Below are positions 29,373 to 42,114 of a stretch of 64,000 nt of DNA, piece after piece. Under the pieces are notes generated by a model, which was given only the letters and a program-made list of their open reading frames with translations, was not told the DNA's origin and made no database searches. Origin of the DNA: Escherichia phage JLBYU31; the sequence record OK272473.1, one strand, 5' to 3'. Numbering within the stretch: the stretch's first letter is position 1; each line of letters opens with the position of its first letter. The position numbers and the translations under genes were made by a program.

Positions 29373-29617
29373 TATAAATTCTCTTTTAAATGAAAATGCA
29401 GGACTTATTGGCATTGCCTGCGCAAGCCCTCAAGGGGAACATAGGTTTTTGGATATTTAACGACCAGGATAACCATAAACCCGTCATCATTCACATTCAA
29501 GAGGTACACCATAAAACTGCCGGGGTCTTAAAACTATAATGATTCGCAAATCATTAATCAGACAGTTCGACGGCTCCTCGATTTTAGCTCACACTAAGGC
29601 AGTGAATCTCCAATAAA

Positions 29618-29866
29618 TTACTTCAGTGTTACCACAAAGTGACGAACTGCTTTTCGTGCAGCAGAAGCCAGAGGCTTAGCATATTTAAGTTCATCTTTTT
29701 CCTGAAGCTCAGCAGCTAATGCAGTTTGAGCAGGATTCAGATGTTTGAAATAACGCAGGATTTCAAGAGCTTCGGCTTCAACATCAATAGATGCGCCATA
29801 GTTTTCGTGACCATTATTCCATGCGTTTCGTTGCAGTTCAAGAGCGTGTTGTAATTGTTTAATCAT
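29618..29866 (-). CDS. rIII: rIII lysis-inhibition accessory protein
   Basis: 82-aa ORF (same length as T4 RIII), position between gene 31 and the ligase island. Confidence 0.8.
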   Translation of the reverse strand: MIKQLQHALELQRNAWNNGHENYGASIDVEAEALEILRYFKHLNPAQTALAAELQEKDELKYAKPLASAARKAVRHFVVTLK

Positions 29867-30013
29867 TTAAAAATTCTCGTTAGAGATTAAAACTCGGTAG
29901 TCACGTTCTTCTGAATTTCATCTTCTTTCGACAGATCTCTCAGTTGTAGACTACCACATAGAATTGTTCGGTTAACTTATTATTCCGACACCCAATTCAT
30001 ATTATTATTTATA

Positions 30014-30349
30014 TCACTTATAAAGACACGGAATAGCTTTATAGTGACAAGTAACGAATTTTTGTTTAATTTCTTTTGGCTGCTTAAGACCCAGAGCTAC
30101 AAAAGGATGCGGAACATTTCGAATTTGACCAACTGGAAGAGAAGTCAAATCACCAACTTCGCAGAAACCTTCAGGAACATCAGGACCGACAGAGTGAACT
30201 ACACATAGTTCAGGAACTTCACCTTGAACACGTTTACCGATAATAAGTCCTGATTCTGTAACTTCTTCATCACCGGCTTGTGCAGGTTCAGAAACTAAAA
30301 TAACATATTCACCGACAGCACGAATTGGTAGCTGTTGTACTTCAGACAT
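30014..30349 (-). CDS. 31: GroES-like co-chaperonin gp31
   Basis: 111-aa ORF (same length as T4 gp31), N-terminus MSEVQQLPI; T4 position. Confidence 0.9.
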
Positions 30350-30379
30350 CGTTTTTCCTTTTTGTTAACAGATGAATTA

Positions 30380-30406
30380 ATAATAACAAATAATTCTTAA
30401 AGCATT
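30380..30406 (-). promoter_or_regulatory. middle promoter: MotA box AATGCTTTA + 12 nt + TATTAT upstream of gene 31
   Basis: MotA-box consensus and -10 on minus strand, 31-57 nt upstream of the gene 31 ATG. Confidence 0.5.
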
Positions 30407-30714
30407 TATTTACCAATAAATTGGAGTAAATGCTCAACTTTCATACCATTAACAGAAATCAATTTGTCAATAGAAAAACCTCGCCATGCACCAAGCTCAA
30501 CATCAAATACTGGAATCATGTCAGTAGATTCTTTCCGAGTAGATTCAGTCAATTTACCAGTTTGCATGGTTGGCATAAAGTCTGCATCGCGAGTACCTTT
30601 CATAGTACGAATAGTACCATCAGACTTTTCAAAAACTACGTTTGAAACACCCATGGACAGTTTAGTTTTCAAAATTTCACGAATTGCTACTTTCTGCTCA
30701 GTTGTCAGTTTCAT
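30406..30714 (-). CDS. hypothetical protein (102 aa)
   Basis: ORF with ATG. Confidence 0.55.
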   Translation of the reverse strand: MKLTTEQKVAIREILKTKLSMGVSNVVFEKSDGTIRTMKGTRDADFMPTMQTGKLTESTRKESTDMIPVFDVELGAWRGFSIDKLISVNGMKVEHLLQFIGK

Positions 30715-30951
30715 TTATTTACCTATCACAGTTTTAATATGAGTTGTTCCACGTTCTTTAAGGGTGGAAAGTAATTTTTGGCATTTTTCTAAATCAGATT
30801 TCCAACTATATGGTCTATCAATACTAGTCCAATCAGTTTTATAATACTGTTTCCATTTAGAGAAAAAATACTTCTTATACTCTACAGCAAATGAAATGTT
30901 CTCGTTAGAATAAGAACTAATTGCTGTGAGCTGTACCAAACGAAATTTCAT
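30715..30951 (-). CDS. hypothetical protein (78 aa)
   Basis: ORF with ATG, coupled to cd stop. Confidence 0.55.
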   Translation of the reverse strand: MKFRLVQLTAISSYSNENISFAVEYKKYFFSKWKQYYKTDWTSIDRPYSWKSDLEKCQKLLSTLKERGTTHIKTVIGK

Positions 30952-31532
30952 TATTCACCACAGAATTCGTTGATATTTTCCCAGTTTAACTTATTCAAGT
31001 TTTTCTTAGGAACATTAAACACTTCAATACCCGCATTTCGCAGAATATCATCCCAGCCAGGTTTATTTTTATCATATGTTTCACAATAAACCAGCTTTTT
31101 AATACCAGATTGAGCTATCGCTTTTGCACAATCTGGGCAAGGAGAAAGTGTTACATACATAGTAGCACCTTCAATAGAAGAACCATTTCGTGCAGCAAAC
31201 AAAATTGCATTTAGTTCAGCATGAATTTCATTTTTAGACGACCATTCCGAGTGAGCGCTACGGTGTTCTTTCGCCAAGACAAAGCGATCAGTTGAACCAA
31301 ATGATACGCATTCAGGCTTATGGCCTTGAATGATAGTATGTTTAGGCTTATTCAGCAACCAACCTTGCTCAGCAGCATAATCACAACAGTTCACACCACC
31401 AGCAGGTGAACCATTATATCCGGTAGAAATAATACGTCCATTCTTTTCAATTACTGCTCCTACCTTCCAGGAGCAACATTTTGATTCTTGTGATACTAAA
31501 TATGCAATTTGAAGTACTGTACTCGCTTTCAT
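30951..31532 (-). CDS. cd: dCMP deaminase
   Basis: 193-aa ORF with deaminase Zn motifs HAELNAI and PCPDCAKAI. Confidence 0.9.
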   Translation of the reverse strand: MKASTVLQIAYLVSQESKCCSWKVGAVIEKNGRIISTGYNGSPAGGVNCCDYAAEQGWLLNKPKHTIIQGHKPECVSFGSTDRFVLAKEHRSAHSEWSSKNEIHAELNAILFAARNGSSIEGATMYVTLSPCPDCAKAIAQSGIKKLVYCETYDKNKPGWDDILRNAGIEVFNVPKKNLNKLNWENINEFCGE

Positions 31533-31867
31533 TTCATAATCACCAGATAAGCAGATTTAGCAGTTTCAACACGATAAATTTCATGACGAAGTTTAGTTAT
31601 ACTTTTAATAACAGAACTAATTATATTCTGCCCATCTTTAAAGCGGTTTTTCTTATCAATAAAAATTGCGCCAACCATCTTTTTGTGAAGCTCAACTGGA
31701 TACTTCGTCACAATAATAGCATCATACACAGAAGGATGAATACTATTCACTAGAGTGTCATTCATTAAAGTTATTCTAATGAACTGTGCTGTGTCAGAGT
31801 CAAGCGCTCTATGATCGCCAGTATCATTTTCAAGACAATTATCAATTATATCAGTTAAATTCATCAT
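31529..31867 (-). CDS. hypothetical protein (112 aa)
   Basis: ORF with ATG, ATGA coupling. Confidence 0.55.
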   Translation of the reverse strand: MMNLTDIIDNCLENDTGDHRALDSDTAQFIRITLMNDTLVNSIHPSVYDAIIVTKYPVELHKKMVGAIFIDKKNRFKDGQNIISSVIKSITKLRHEIYRVETAKSAYLVIMK

Positions 31868-32100
31868 AGTACGCCATACACCCTTTGTGCTTCAACTAAT
31901 CCATCAAAATCCAATTTGAGATGTGTTATTTGGTCACCATCACCTGGATTCACAATTACTAATACTGAACGAGGAGTTTCGGTAATAACACGAACCGATG
32001 TTTCTGGAAATCGTTCAGAAACCTTATTTACCAATTCCTGAGCAAATAGTTTAACTTTTTCTTGGAATTCTTTAACAGTAATCGGTTTTTCACTTAGCAT
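31864..32100 (-). CDS. hypothetical protein (78 aa)
   Basis: ORF with ATG. Confidence 0.55.
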   Translation of the reverse strand: MLSEKPITVKEFQEKVKLFAQELVNKVSERFPETSVRVITETPRSVLVIVNPGDGDQITHLKLDFDGLVEAQRVYGVL

Positions 32101-32621
32101 GTTGATCCCAGCTCCTTACTTTCAACGTTTTTAACTAATTTGACAGAAACTAATTCAGCATCTTGAGTAATCATTACCGGGCCTTCTTCATACTCTTCAA
32201 GATATTCTAGAGCTTTCTTTTTAGCTTCTTCCTTCGTATCAGTTTGAGCATAGATATAGAACATACAACCAGTAATACCTACTACTTTCCACTTAATTTC
32301 TTTATCAGTTTTAATTTCAAATTTACTGATAGAGTCATCTTTTTGAACTTCTTCGAAAAAATAATATTCTGACATATAAGTAATTGAAAATAACGGGCTA
32401 TCTTTATAAGATTCGCCCATTACATCAACAGCTTTATACCAGCAGTCATCAATTTCACGTTTAATGCTAATAACATTTTTCGCAGAATCTATTTTTACTT
32501 TAAATGAATTTTCCCCAATAAACTTGGCAATTCGTTTATTAGCCCCGCAAGTTTCATTAAAAATATCTTTATATCCAGCTTTAAAGCGATAAACCTTATC
32601 TTCTTCAAACCATTTGCTCAT
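32094..32621 (-). CDS. hypothetical protein (175 aa)
   Basis: ORF with ATG. Confidence 0.6.
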   Translation of the reverse strand: MSKWFEEDKVYRFKAGYKDIFNETCGANKRIAKFIGENSFKVKIDSAKNVISIKREIDDCWYKAVDVMGESYKDSPLFSITYMSEYYFFEEVQKDDSISKFEIKTDKEIKWKVVGITGCMFYIYAQTDTKEEAKKKALEYLEEYEEGPVMITQDAELVSVKLVKNVESKELGSTC

Positions 32622-32683
32622 TTCAATTTCCTCATTTGTTTTGGTAGAGCTATAATATCACAACTCTACCGTAAAGTAAACTG

Positions 32684-32959
32684 TTAAATTGCCTTGAATT
32701 CTGATGTCTGTGATTCAAAACGAATATCGCCTTTGATGACTAGCTCAGCATCAAGACCGAATACGACAATGATATGTGCGGAACCTGGATACAGCGTAAT
32801 GGCAATAGAATCAACCTGGTCTGGAAGCAAAGTATTCAATACATGAGTCACTTGAGCATGAATTCGAAGCTCGGCTGCGTTATCAAGCTTTTCAAACATA
32901 TTATTAGCGATAATTTGGCTAAACACTACTTCTACGATTTTAGAATAAGTCGGAAACAT
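32684..32959 (-). CDS. hypothetical protein (91 aa)
   Basis: Track start is GTG 32965; first ATG 32959 preceded by SD GAGGTG. Confidence 0.5.
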   Translation of the reverse strand: MFPTYSKIVEVVFSQIIANNMFEKLDNAAELRIHAQVTHVLNTLLPDQVDSIAITLYPGSAHIIVVFGLDAELVIKGDIRFESQTSEFKAI

Positions 32960-32961
32960 AT

Positions 32962-33162
32962 TCACCTCACATAATTTTCTTCAAGCCAATTAATAACATC
33001 CAACGCATTATCAAAAGTTGAACCATCTACTATGTCTTCTGTTTCATAATCAAGAATATCTAAGTCTACTCTTCCATCAACAATAGGCCATAAACAAAAT
33101 AGATATTTCTTTTCTTTTTCAATTTTATCACAAAGTCGATAAATCTTTTCTATGTTATTCAT
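32962..33162 (-). CDS. hypothetical protein (66 aa)
   Basis: ORF with ATG. Confidence 0.5.
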   Translation of the reverse strand: MNNIEKIYRLCDKIEKEKKYLFCLWPIVDGRVDLDILDYETEDIVDGSTFDNALDVINWLEENYVR

Positions 33163-33351
33163 AAGTTTTCCATGGTAAAGGCAGTTTAGTTTTCTTTACT
33201 GTTAGTTCAATATCAGGATTCTTTTCTCTTAATTTAAGGCATTCCTCCCAAGCTCTGATTTCACTAGTGAATACACAAAATTGCCCATTACTAGTACCAA
33301 CTAAACCACTATTTACAATAACAATAGACCAAGTTTCATGATGCCACGCCA

Positions 33352-33352
<1 letters not shown>
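33155..33352 (-). CDS. hypothetical protein (65 aa)
   Basis: ATG at 33352 overlapping the pseT stop (TAATG); alternative ATG at 33382. Confidence 0.45.
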
Positions 33353-34573
<1,221 letters not shown>

Positions 34574-34577
<4 letters not shown>

Positions 34578-34804
34578 TTATTTTTCTCAACCAATGATTG
34601 AATATAATCATGTAGGTCTTTAGATGCTTTACCCCACTTATTTTGGTATTCATTTTTAAGATTAGCACGTGATTGAGCTAATAAAACATCATTAGTTGGA
34701 GGTAAAGATTCTAACCGCTGAATCTGGCGTCCATAAATCATTGCAGCCATCTCGGATTCATAAATCAATCCTTTGAGATGTTCAAATTGATGCCACGAAA
34801 TCAT
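34574..34804 (-). CDS. hypothetical protein (76 aa)
   Basis: ORF with ATG. Confidence 0.55.
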
Positions 34805-35100
34805 TTACATTTATCCTCTTTTAACTCTTGACGATAATAACATATCATAGTTTTCTGGTCATGTACATATCGTTTTACATCATTAAGCCAAATACGAAAT
34901 TCCTGAGAATCTTCAAATGGCATACCGACCCAAGCTTTACCATCAATAACTTTAACTTGCCAAGATAGTTTAGCTTCGTCATATGACTTTATTTGCACAG
35001 GCCAATTAGGATGAACTGTTTCTTTCTTTACTTCTAGAGGCTTTGTAGAACAACCAACTAGAAGACCAATAGATAATATTACTGCTGATAGTTTAATCAT
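34801..35100 (-). CDS. o-spanin (outer-membrane lipoprotein, Rz1-like)
   Basis: Signal peptide with lipobox LLVGC-S (MIKLSAVILSIGLLVGCS); 4-nt overlap with upstream i-spanin. Confidence 0.65.
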   Translation of the reverse strand: MIKLSAVILSIGLLVGCSTKPLEVKKETVHPNWPVQIKSYDEAKLSWQVKVIDGKAWVGMPFEDSQEFRIWLNDVKRYVHDQKTMICYYRQELKEDKCK

Positions 35101-35450
35101 TTAGAAAGGTCCTGGATGTCTTCTGTGAACTTGTTGAAGGAGTTGTTGATTTGTTTTTCAACCAATCCTGGCTTATGAGCCACCACATCCGCCTTCTTTG
35201 CGTCTTTGCGCAGTTTTTCATTTTCACGCTCAATAGCAGCAATTGCCTCACGATTTTTATTATTCATCGCATCAATATAATTATACTGAATTCGCAAATT
35301 ATTTAATGCTAAAGCGTTTTCATTGGCCGTTTTTGTAATTTCTACAACAGACGTTTCTAATCTTTCAATTTTATTTTTTAAAATTAAAGAAGTTCCGCCT
35401 AATGCAATTACAATTAATAGCAAGCCTGCTGTCGTATTACTTAATTGCAT
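35097..35450 (-). CDS. i-spanin (inner-membrane, Rz-like)
   Basis: N-terminal TM segment TAGLLLIVIALGGTSLIL followed by charged coiled-coil region. Confidence 0.65.
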   Translation of the reverse strand: MQLSNTTAGLLLIVIALGGTSLILKNKIERLETSVVEITKTANENALALNNLRIQYNYIDAMNNKNREAIAAIERENEKLRKDAKKADVVAHKPGLVEKQINNSFNKFTEDIQDLSK

Positions 35451-35947
35451 AAAGTTTTAATAACCTCTATAATATCGTCTTGAGAAAGACCGTTAATTAA
35501 AATATGATGTTCAGCCGGAGATTTAGAAATTTTAAAGCATGCCTCAACATCTTCTGCCATATCCGATGCGCTACGATTTGGATTACTAATTCCAAGACGA
35601 TGTTTTCCCGTTAAAGGATTAACGATGATATAGCATTTACAGTTGTTAATATGAACATTAGGTTGAGTCTGATTAATGAACACATCACAATCATATTTCG
35701 CAAGCTGATTTTCTAAAAAGACTTTCATCTCCTCAACCGCATCAGGAAGCATATCACGGGCTTGCTCAAGACGACGATTTCGATATTCTTTAATGGTCGT
35801 TTTCCGCTTGACTTGCTTAGCTAAATCTTTCTTAAGATCGGTGATATATCCAACTCGACGATTTCCTTTAAATACAGAAATCCCATCTGTAGTATCACCG
35901 TATGCTTCAACGACCATCTCAGTAGTAATAAGCTGCAAATCCATCAT
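35441..35947 (-). CDS. alc: Alc, host transcription unfolding/termination protein
   Basis: 168-aa ORF at T4 alc position between pseT cluster and rnlA; preceded by early promoter. Confidence 0.7.
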   Translation of the reverse strand: MMDLQLITTEMVVEAYGDTTDGISVFKGNRRVGYITDLKKDLAKQVKRKTTIKEYRNRRLEQARDMLPDAVEEMKVFLENQLAKYDCDVFINQTQPNVHINNCKCYIIVNPLTGKHRLGISNPNRSASDMAEDVEACFKISKSPAEHHILINGLSQDDIIEVIKTLCN

Positions 35948-35951
35948 AAAG

Positions 35952-36005
35952 TCCTCATGTTATGTCAGTAAGATTACTATAACACAACACGAGGGACTTG
36001 TAAAC
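35952..36005. repeat. 54-bp perfect direct repeat, copy 2 (copy 1 at 20134-20187)
   Basis: Identical 54 nt. Confidence 0.9.
35976..36005 (-). promoter_or_regulatory. early promoter GTTTAC-N18-TATAGT upstream of alc
   Basis: Within the 54-bp repeat; SD GAGGA 5 nt before the alc ATG. Confidence 0.6.
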
Positions 36006-36008
36006 AGC

Positions 36009-37596
<1,588 letters not shown>

Positions 37597-37604
37597 AATA
37601 AAAT

Positions 37605-37618
37605 GGGCCTTGCGGCCC
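37605..37618 (-). other. hairpin GGGCC-GCAA-GGCCC between nrdB and denA
   Basis: GNRA-loop GC hairpin followed by AUUUUAUU; sits in the false N-terminal extension of the track ORF. Confidence 0.5.
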
Positions 37619-37623
37619 ACTCC

Positions 37624-38802
37624 TTAAAAATATTTTTTAAAACTCATCATAACTTTATCATCAACATCATTATCAATCTGTGCAACAAGGTAAGATGACA
37701 GTTCTACTTCTTGCGGCGCGGATTGAACATTATCAGAATTAAGGTATTCACGAATCCAAGGATATGGATGTTTAACCGGAGCATCGGTAATTGGGCATGG
37801 AAGACCGCACTGTTTCATACGAGATACAGTTAAGTAATCAATAAAGCTCCACATGCTATTTGTATTTAATCCAGGAACATCGCCATCTTTAAATAAATGA
37901 ACTGCCCAATCTTTTTCTTGGCGGTTAACTTCCATGAAAATATCAACTGCTTCTTGTTCACACTCTTTGGCAATTTTAACCCATTCATCACCATCAGTGC
38001 CAAGTTGAAGTTGACGAATAATATATTGAGTGCCTTTAAGGTGAAGCTGCTCATCACGTGCAATGAACTTCATAATCTTGGCATTACCTTCCATGATTTC
38101 CATATTCTTGTGGAAGTTAAAGGTACATGCAAAAGATACATAAAAACGAATAGCTTCCAATGCGTTGATTACGTGCAGGCAGAGGTAAAGAGAGCGCATT
38201 AGTTCACGTTTCCAATACATTTCATGCTCTATGGCATCTTCAATAACGTCTTCGTCTGCATTAATTTCTTTTTGGTATTCGATATCAGCTTTAGCGTTTT
38301 CCCAATAACGAGTTTTAATCAGAACATCATCATAATAACGTCCAATGGATTCAGCTCGTTTCATGATTGCTTCGTCTAATACAATCTCATCAAATACCTT
38401 TGACGGGTCAGTATAAAGATTTCGCATGATATGGGTATATGAACGACTGTGAATAGTTTCACTAAAAGTCCATGTAGCAACCCATGTATCAAGGCTTGGG
38501 TCTGAAATTAATGACATAAGTACAGCAGACGGCGCACGACCCTGAATGCTATCTAGAAGTGATTGATACTTCAGGTTGTTAGTAAAAATATCTTGCTGAT
38601 ATTGAGGAAGCTTGTTAAATTGCGCAGCATCCATCATTAAGTTTACTTCTTCAGGGCGCCAGAAAAATGACAACTGCTTTTCGGTTAAATCTTCAAAAAC
38701 TTTATGACGTTGAATATCATAACGCGCAATACCAAGACCTGAACCAAAAAACATAGGTTCTTTTAAAACATCAACTGGATTTGTATTAAAAACTGTAGAC
38801 AT
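37624..38802 (-). CDS. nrdB: ribonucleotide reductase small subunit NrdB (uninterrupted)
   Basis: 392 aa from ATG 38802 with SD AAAGAGGAAA (track began at TTG 38838); ferritin-like R2 sequence; continuous reading frame. Confidence 0.9.
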   Translation of the reverse strand: MSTVFNTNPVDVLKEPMFFGSGLGIARYDIQRHKVFEDLTEKQLSFFWRPEEVNLMMDAAQFNKLPQYQQDIFTNNLKYQSLLDSIQGRAPSAVLMSLISDPSLDTWVATWTFSETIHSRSYTHIMRNLYTDPSKVFDEIVLDEAIMKRAESIGRYYDDVLIKTRYWENAKADIEYQKEINADEDVIEDAIEHEMYWKRELMRSLYLCLHVINALEAIRFYVSFACTFNFHKNMEIMEGNAKIMKFIARDEQLHLKGTQYIIRQLQLGTDGDEWVKIAKECEQEAVDIFMEVNRQEKDWAVHLFKDGDVPGLNTNSMWSFIDYLTVSRMKQCGLPCPITDAPVKHPYPWIREYLNSDNVQSAPQEVELSSYLVAQIDNDVDDKVMMSFKKYF

Positions 38803-39533
38803 TAATTTTTCCTCTTTAAAATTCTGCCGCGTTTCCAACCTGGCGGTATAATATCATCTTTACCTATAAGCGTGCATTCACTTCCATTATTAATCCATTT
38901 CTTACCGCGGATTCCTTTATAATCTCTTGGTTGTATTTTATCAAACTTTGCATCAAGTTGATATGACCATCTAAATCCATAGGCATATTGAAATTTACCC
39001 TCAGCACAATATTTGATATTTGACCCGTTTCCATTAACTGACCTGGACGCTGCCGCAATAGAGTGAAAGGTTTCTATGAAATCCCCATCTAATGAGAATT
39101 TATGTATTTCGATAGATGGGCATGCATACCTATTCACGTTTGATACATGTTGTTTAGTTTCGTTTTTATGATGCTTGCCTAACATTCCTCTAGGATGAGG
39201 ATTATTTTTCCAATATTTCTTAAAGAAATCAGAATTAGCTTTAGCAAATAATTTTCTGTGCAAGCTATACAATCTGTTATTAATTCTATTACCAGCTTTA
39301 TCTGTTGCCATTAACGTTAACGCAGAGGCAAGCCCAAAATGGCCTTCATTTATCTTACATAGTAATAGATGCGCTATAAAATGTTCTCTAGCTGTTAATT
39401 CAACTAAATTTTCTTTATCATCAGAACCTCCCATGCATTTAGGGACTATATGATGTGTCTCTTTATATTCAGATAAAGGTTCCCGAGCCTGAGCTCGGGA
39501 AATTAGGTCATTATAGATTTTTTGATAATTCAT
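38802..39533 (-). CDS. mobE: free-standing HNH homing-endonuclease-like protein (MobE-like)
   Basis: HNH motif HHIVPKCMGGSDDKENLVELTAREHFIAH; inserted between nrdA and nrdB; start overlaps nrdA stop and stop abuts nrdB start. Confidence 0.75.
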   Translation of the reverse strand: MNYQKIYNDLISRAQAREPLSEYKETHHIVPKCMGGSDDKENLVELTAREHFIAHLLLCKINEGHFGLASALTLMATDKAGNRINNRLYSLHRKLFAKANSDFFKKYWKNNPHPRGMLGKHHKNETKQHVSNVNRYACPSIEIHKFSLDGDFIETFHSIAAASRSVNGNGSNIKYCAEGKFQYAYGFRWSYQLDAKFDKIQPRDYKGIRGKKWINNGSECTLIGKDDIIPPGWKRGRILKRKN

Positions 39534-41797
39534 TACAATTTACACGCTGCACAATCATCGGCTTTAGGAGTTTCTATTTCATAATCATCAGTACCAGAAC
39601 CATCACGGGTATTATGATAATAGAAATTTTTAATGCCATAATACCATCCGTATAGCATGTCATCAATCATTATTGACATTGGAACCTTGCCTTTAGGGAA
39701 GATTTGGGGGTCATAGTATGTATTCGCCGAAGCTGATTGACAAACCCATTTCAGCATAATAGCTACCTGCGTAAGATAAGGTTTATTACCTTTCTTAGCT
39801 AATTTCCATGTATAATCATAGAGGTCTATGTTATGCTCAATATTGGGCACGACTTGATTAAAGGAGCCCTCTTTTGATTCTTTAACAGAGACTGGTCCAC
39901 GTGGAGGCTCGATACCGTTTGTACTGTTAGAAACTTGGGAAGATGACTCACATGGCATAAGTGCTGATAATGTGCTATTACGGATGCCAAAGAGCTTAAG
40001 GTCTTCCCGCAGCGACGACCAGTCACAAACGTATTTTGGAGCTGCGATTTGGTCAATCTTTTTATTGTACCAGTCGATAGGTAATTCGCCTCGAGACCAA
40101 CGAGTGTCTGAATAATATTCGCAAGGTCCTTTTTCTTTGGCGAGCTTAATGGATGCTTTAATGAGTCCATACTGTAATCTCTCAAATAGTTCATGTGTTA
40201 AATCGTTAGCATCTTCATAAGAAGCAAAGTTACTTGCCAGCCAAGCTGCATAGTTAGTAACACCTACACCGAGGTTACGACGCTTTTTAGCTTTTTCTGC
40301 TTCAGGAACTGGATATCCTTGGTAATCCAAAAGATTATCAAGAGCACGAACTTGAACTTCTGCTAATTCATTAATTTTATCTTGGTCTTGCCAATCGAAG
40401 TTATCCAGCACAAATGCAGATAACGTGCACAATCCAATTTCAGCATCAGGACTATTCACATCATTTGTTGGAATAGCAATTTCACAGCACAAGTTACTCT
40501 GACGAATAGGTGCCTTTTCACGAATAAACGGAGTATAGTTATTCGTATTATCAATGAACTGTACATAAATCCTTGCTGTTCCTGAGCGTTCAGTCATGAG
40601 CAATTCAAATAGTTCACGGGCTTTAATACGCTTTTTACGAATATTAGGGTCTTTTTCTGCTGCTTCGTATAATTCACGGAAACGGTCTTGGTCTTTAAAA
40701 TAAGAATAATAAAGCTCGCCACCCATTTCATGCGGACTGAACAAAGTAATGTAATCGTTCTTTCCGAATCGTTCCATCATCAAATCATTCAGCTGAACAC
40801 CATAATCCATATGACGAATGCGGTTTTCTTCTACGCCTTTGTTATTTTTCAAAACGAGAAGATTTTCAACTTCCAAATGCCAAATAGGATAATAAGCAGT
40901 AGCAGCGCCGCCACGAATTCCACCCTGTGAACATGATTTAACTGCAGTCTGAAAATGTTTCCAAAAAGGAATAACACCGGTATGGCGTACTTCACCCATG
41001 CCAATCTTAGAACCTTCGGCACGAATCATACCAACGTTAATACCAATTCCAGCACGTTTGGAGATATATTCAACAATTGAAGCGGAAGCCTTGTTGATAG
41101 ACTTTAATGAATCACCTGCCTCAATAACAACGCATGAACTAAACTGCCGAGTTGGAGTACGGCAACCAGCCATAATAGGAGTTGGCAATGAAATCTGTCG
41201 AGTAGATACTGCTTCATAAAAACGGATAACGTGTTTTAATCTATCAACAGGTTCATCTTGATGCAATGCCATTCCAATAGTCATAAATGCAAACTGTGGA
41301 GTTTCATAAATTTGACCAGTGGTTTTATCTTTAACTAGATATTTTTCTTTTAATTGCATCGCCCCGGAATAAGTAAATTCCATATCCCGCTCGTGCTTAA
41401 TTTTTGATTCTAAAAATGTAATTTCTTCTGCTGAATATTTTGACAATAATTCAGGGTCATATTTACCTGCATTTACACAATAAGAAATATGGTCAATAAA
41501 TGAACGTGGTTCATATTGTCCGTAAACATGCTTACGAAGAGCGAACATTAAACAACGTGCAGCTACATATTGATAATCAGGCTCTTCAACCGAAATAGAA
41601 TTCGCAGCAGCCTTAATGACAATAGTCTGAATATCATCAGTTGTCATTCCATCACGGAGATAAGATTTAATATTTTCATATAATTCATAAGGATCTACTG
41701 ATGTTCCTTCAGCTGCCCAAGATAAAACTTTAATAATTTTTTGTGGGTCAAAGCTCTGAGAAACACCACTACTTTTGATAACATTAATTAATTGCAT
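39533..41797 (-). CDS. nrdA: ribonucleotide reductase large subunit NrdA
   Basis: 754-aa ORF with NxCxE active-site motif (SNLCCEIA) and C-terminal Cys pair CAACKL. Confidence 0.95.
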   Translation of the reverse strand: MQLINVIKSSGVSQSFDPQKIIKVLSWAAEGTSVDPYELYENIKSYLRDGMTTDDIQTIVIKAAANSISVEEPDYQYVAARCLMFALRKHVYGQYEPRSFIDHISYCVNAGKYDPELLSKYSAEEITFLESKIKHERDMEFTYSGAMQLKEKYLVKDKTTGQIYETPQFAFMTIGMALHQDEPVDRLKHVIRFYEAVSTRQISLPTPIMAGCRTPTRQFSSCVVIEAGDSLKSINKASASIVEYISKRAGIGINVGMIRAEGSKIGMGEVRHTGVIPFWKHFQTAVKSCSQGGIRGGAATAYYPIWHLEVENLLVLKNNKGVEENRIRHMDYGVQLNDLMMERFGKNDYITLFSPHEMGGELYYSYFKDQDRFRELYEAAEKDPNIRKKRIKARELFELLMTERSGTARIYVQFIDNTNNYTPFIREKAPIRQSNLCCEIAIPTNDVNSPDAEIGLCTLSAFVLDNFDWQDQDKINELAEVQVRALDNLLDYQGYPVPEAEKAKKRRNLGVGVTNYAAWLASNFASYEDANDLTHELFERLQYGLIKASIKLAKEKGPCEYYSDTRWSRGELPIDWYNKKIDQIAAPKYVCDWSSLREDLKLFGIRNSTLSALMPCESSSQVSNSTNGIEPPRGPVSVKESKEGSFNQVVPNIEHNIDLYDYTWKLAKKGNKPYLTQVAIMLKWVCQSASANTYYDPQIFPKGKVPMSIMIDDMLYGWYYGIKNFYYHNTRDGSGTDDYEIETPKADDCAACKL

Positions 41798-42114
41798 AAG
41801 TCCTCAACTTGAAAATCGTCTTTAAACAATCGGTTAACTATATGAGCTATTATATCACCATGACACGGCTTTGGTTTACATGTGCATCCTAGCCTCATTC
41901 CACGTAAAGGCTCTAAATGTGCTTTAGTTATTTCTCCGGATTTAATTCGACGTATAAAATCTTTTTTGAATAATTCAATGGCAGCCTCCCGGCTGCCAGC
42001 ATCTTTACCGACGTAATTTCCCCAAAATGTACCACGGTGAATATTAACATCAAAGTCGGATTTATATTTATTCACTACCCGGCATAGACGGCCCGCGCTG
42101 GAATAATTCGTCAT
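41788..42114 (-). CDS. hypothetical protein (108 aa), Cys/His-containing
   Basis: ORF with ATG; overlaps nrdA start by 10 nt. Confidence 0.55.
   Translation of the reverse strand: MTNYSSAGRLCRVVNKYKSDFDVNIHRGTFWGNYVGKDAGSREAAIELFKKDFIRRIKSGEITKAHLEPLRGMRLGCTCKPKPCHGDIIAHIVNRLFKDDFQVEDLCN

Noticed and set aside
29415-29617. tRNA or other structured RNA gene in the rIII-upstream gap
   Set aside because: No cloverleaf-compatible arms or T-loop consensus found by eye; kept only as an unexplained gap in findings
39480-39501. Perfect 9-bp stem hairpin (TTCCCGAGC-CTGA-GCTCGGGAA) near the 5' end of the mobE-like gene
   Set aside because: Lies inside the coding region ~35 nt after the start with no U-run; could modulate translation, but I could not separate this from coincidental coding palindrome
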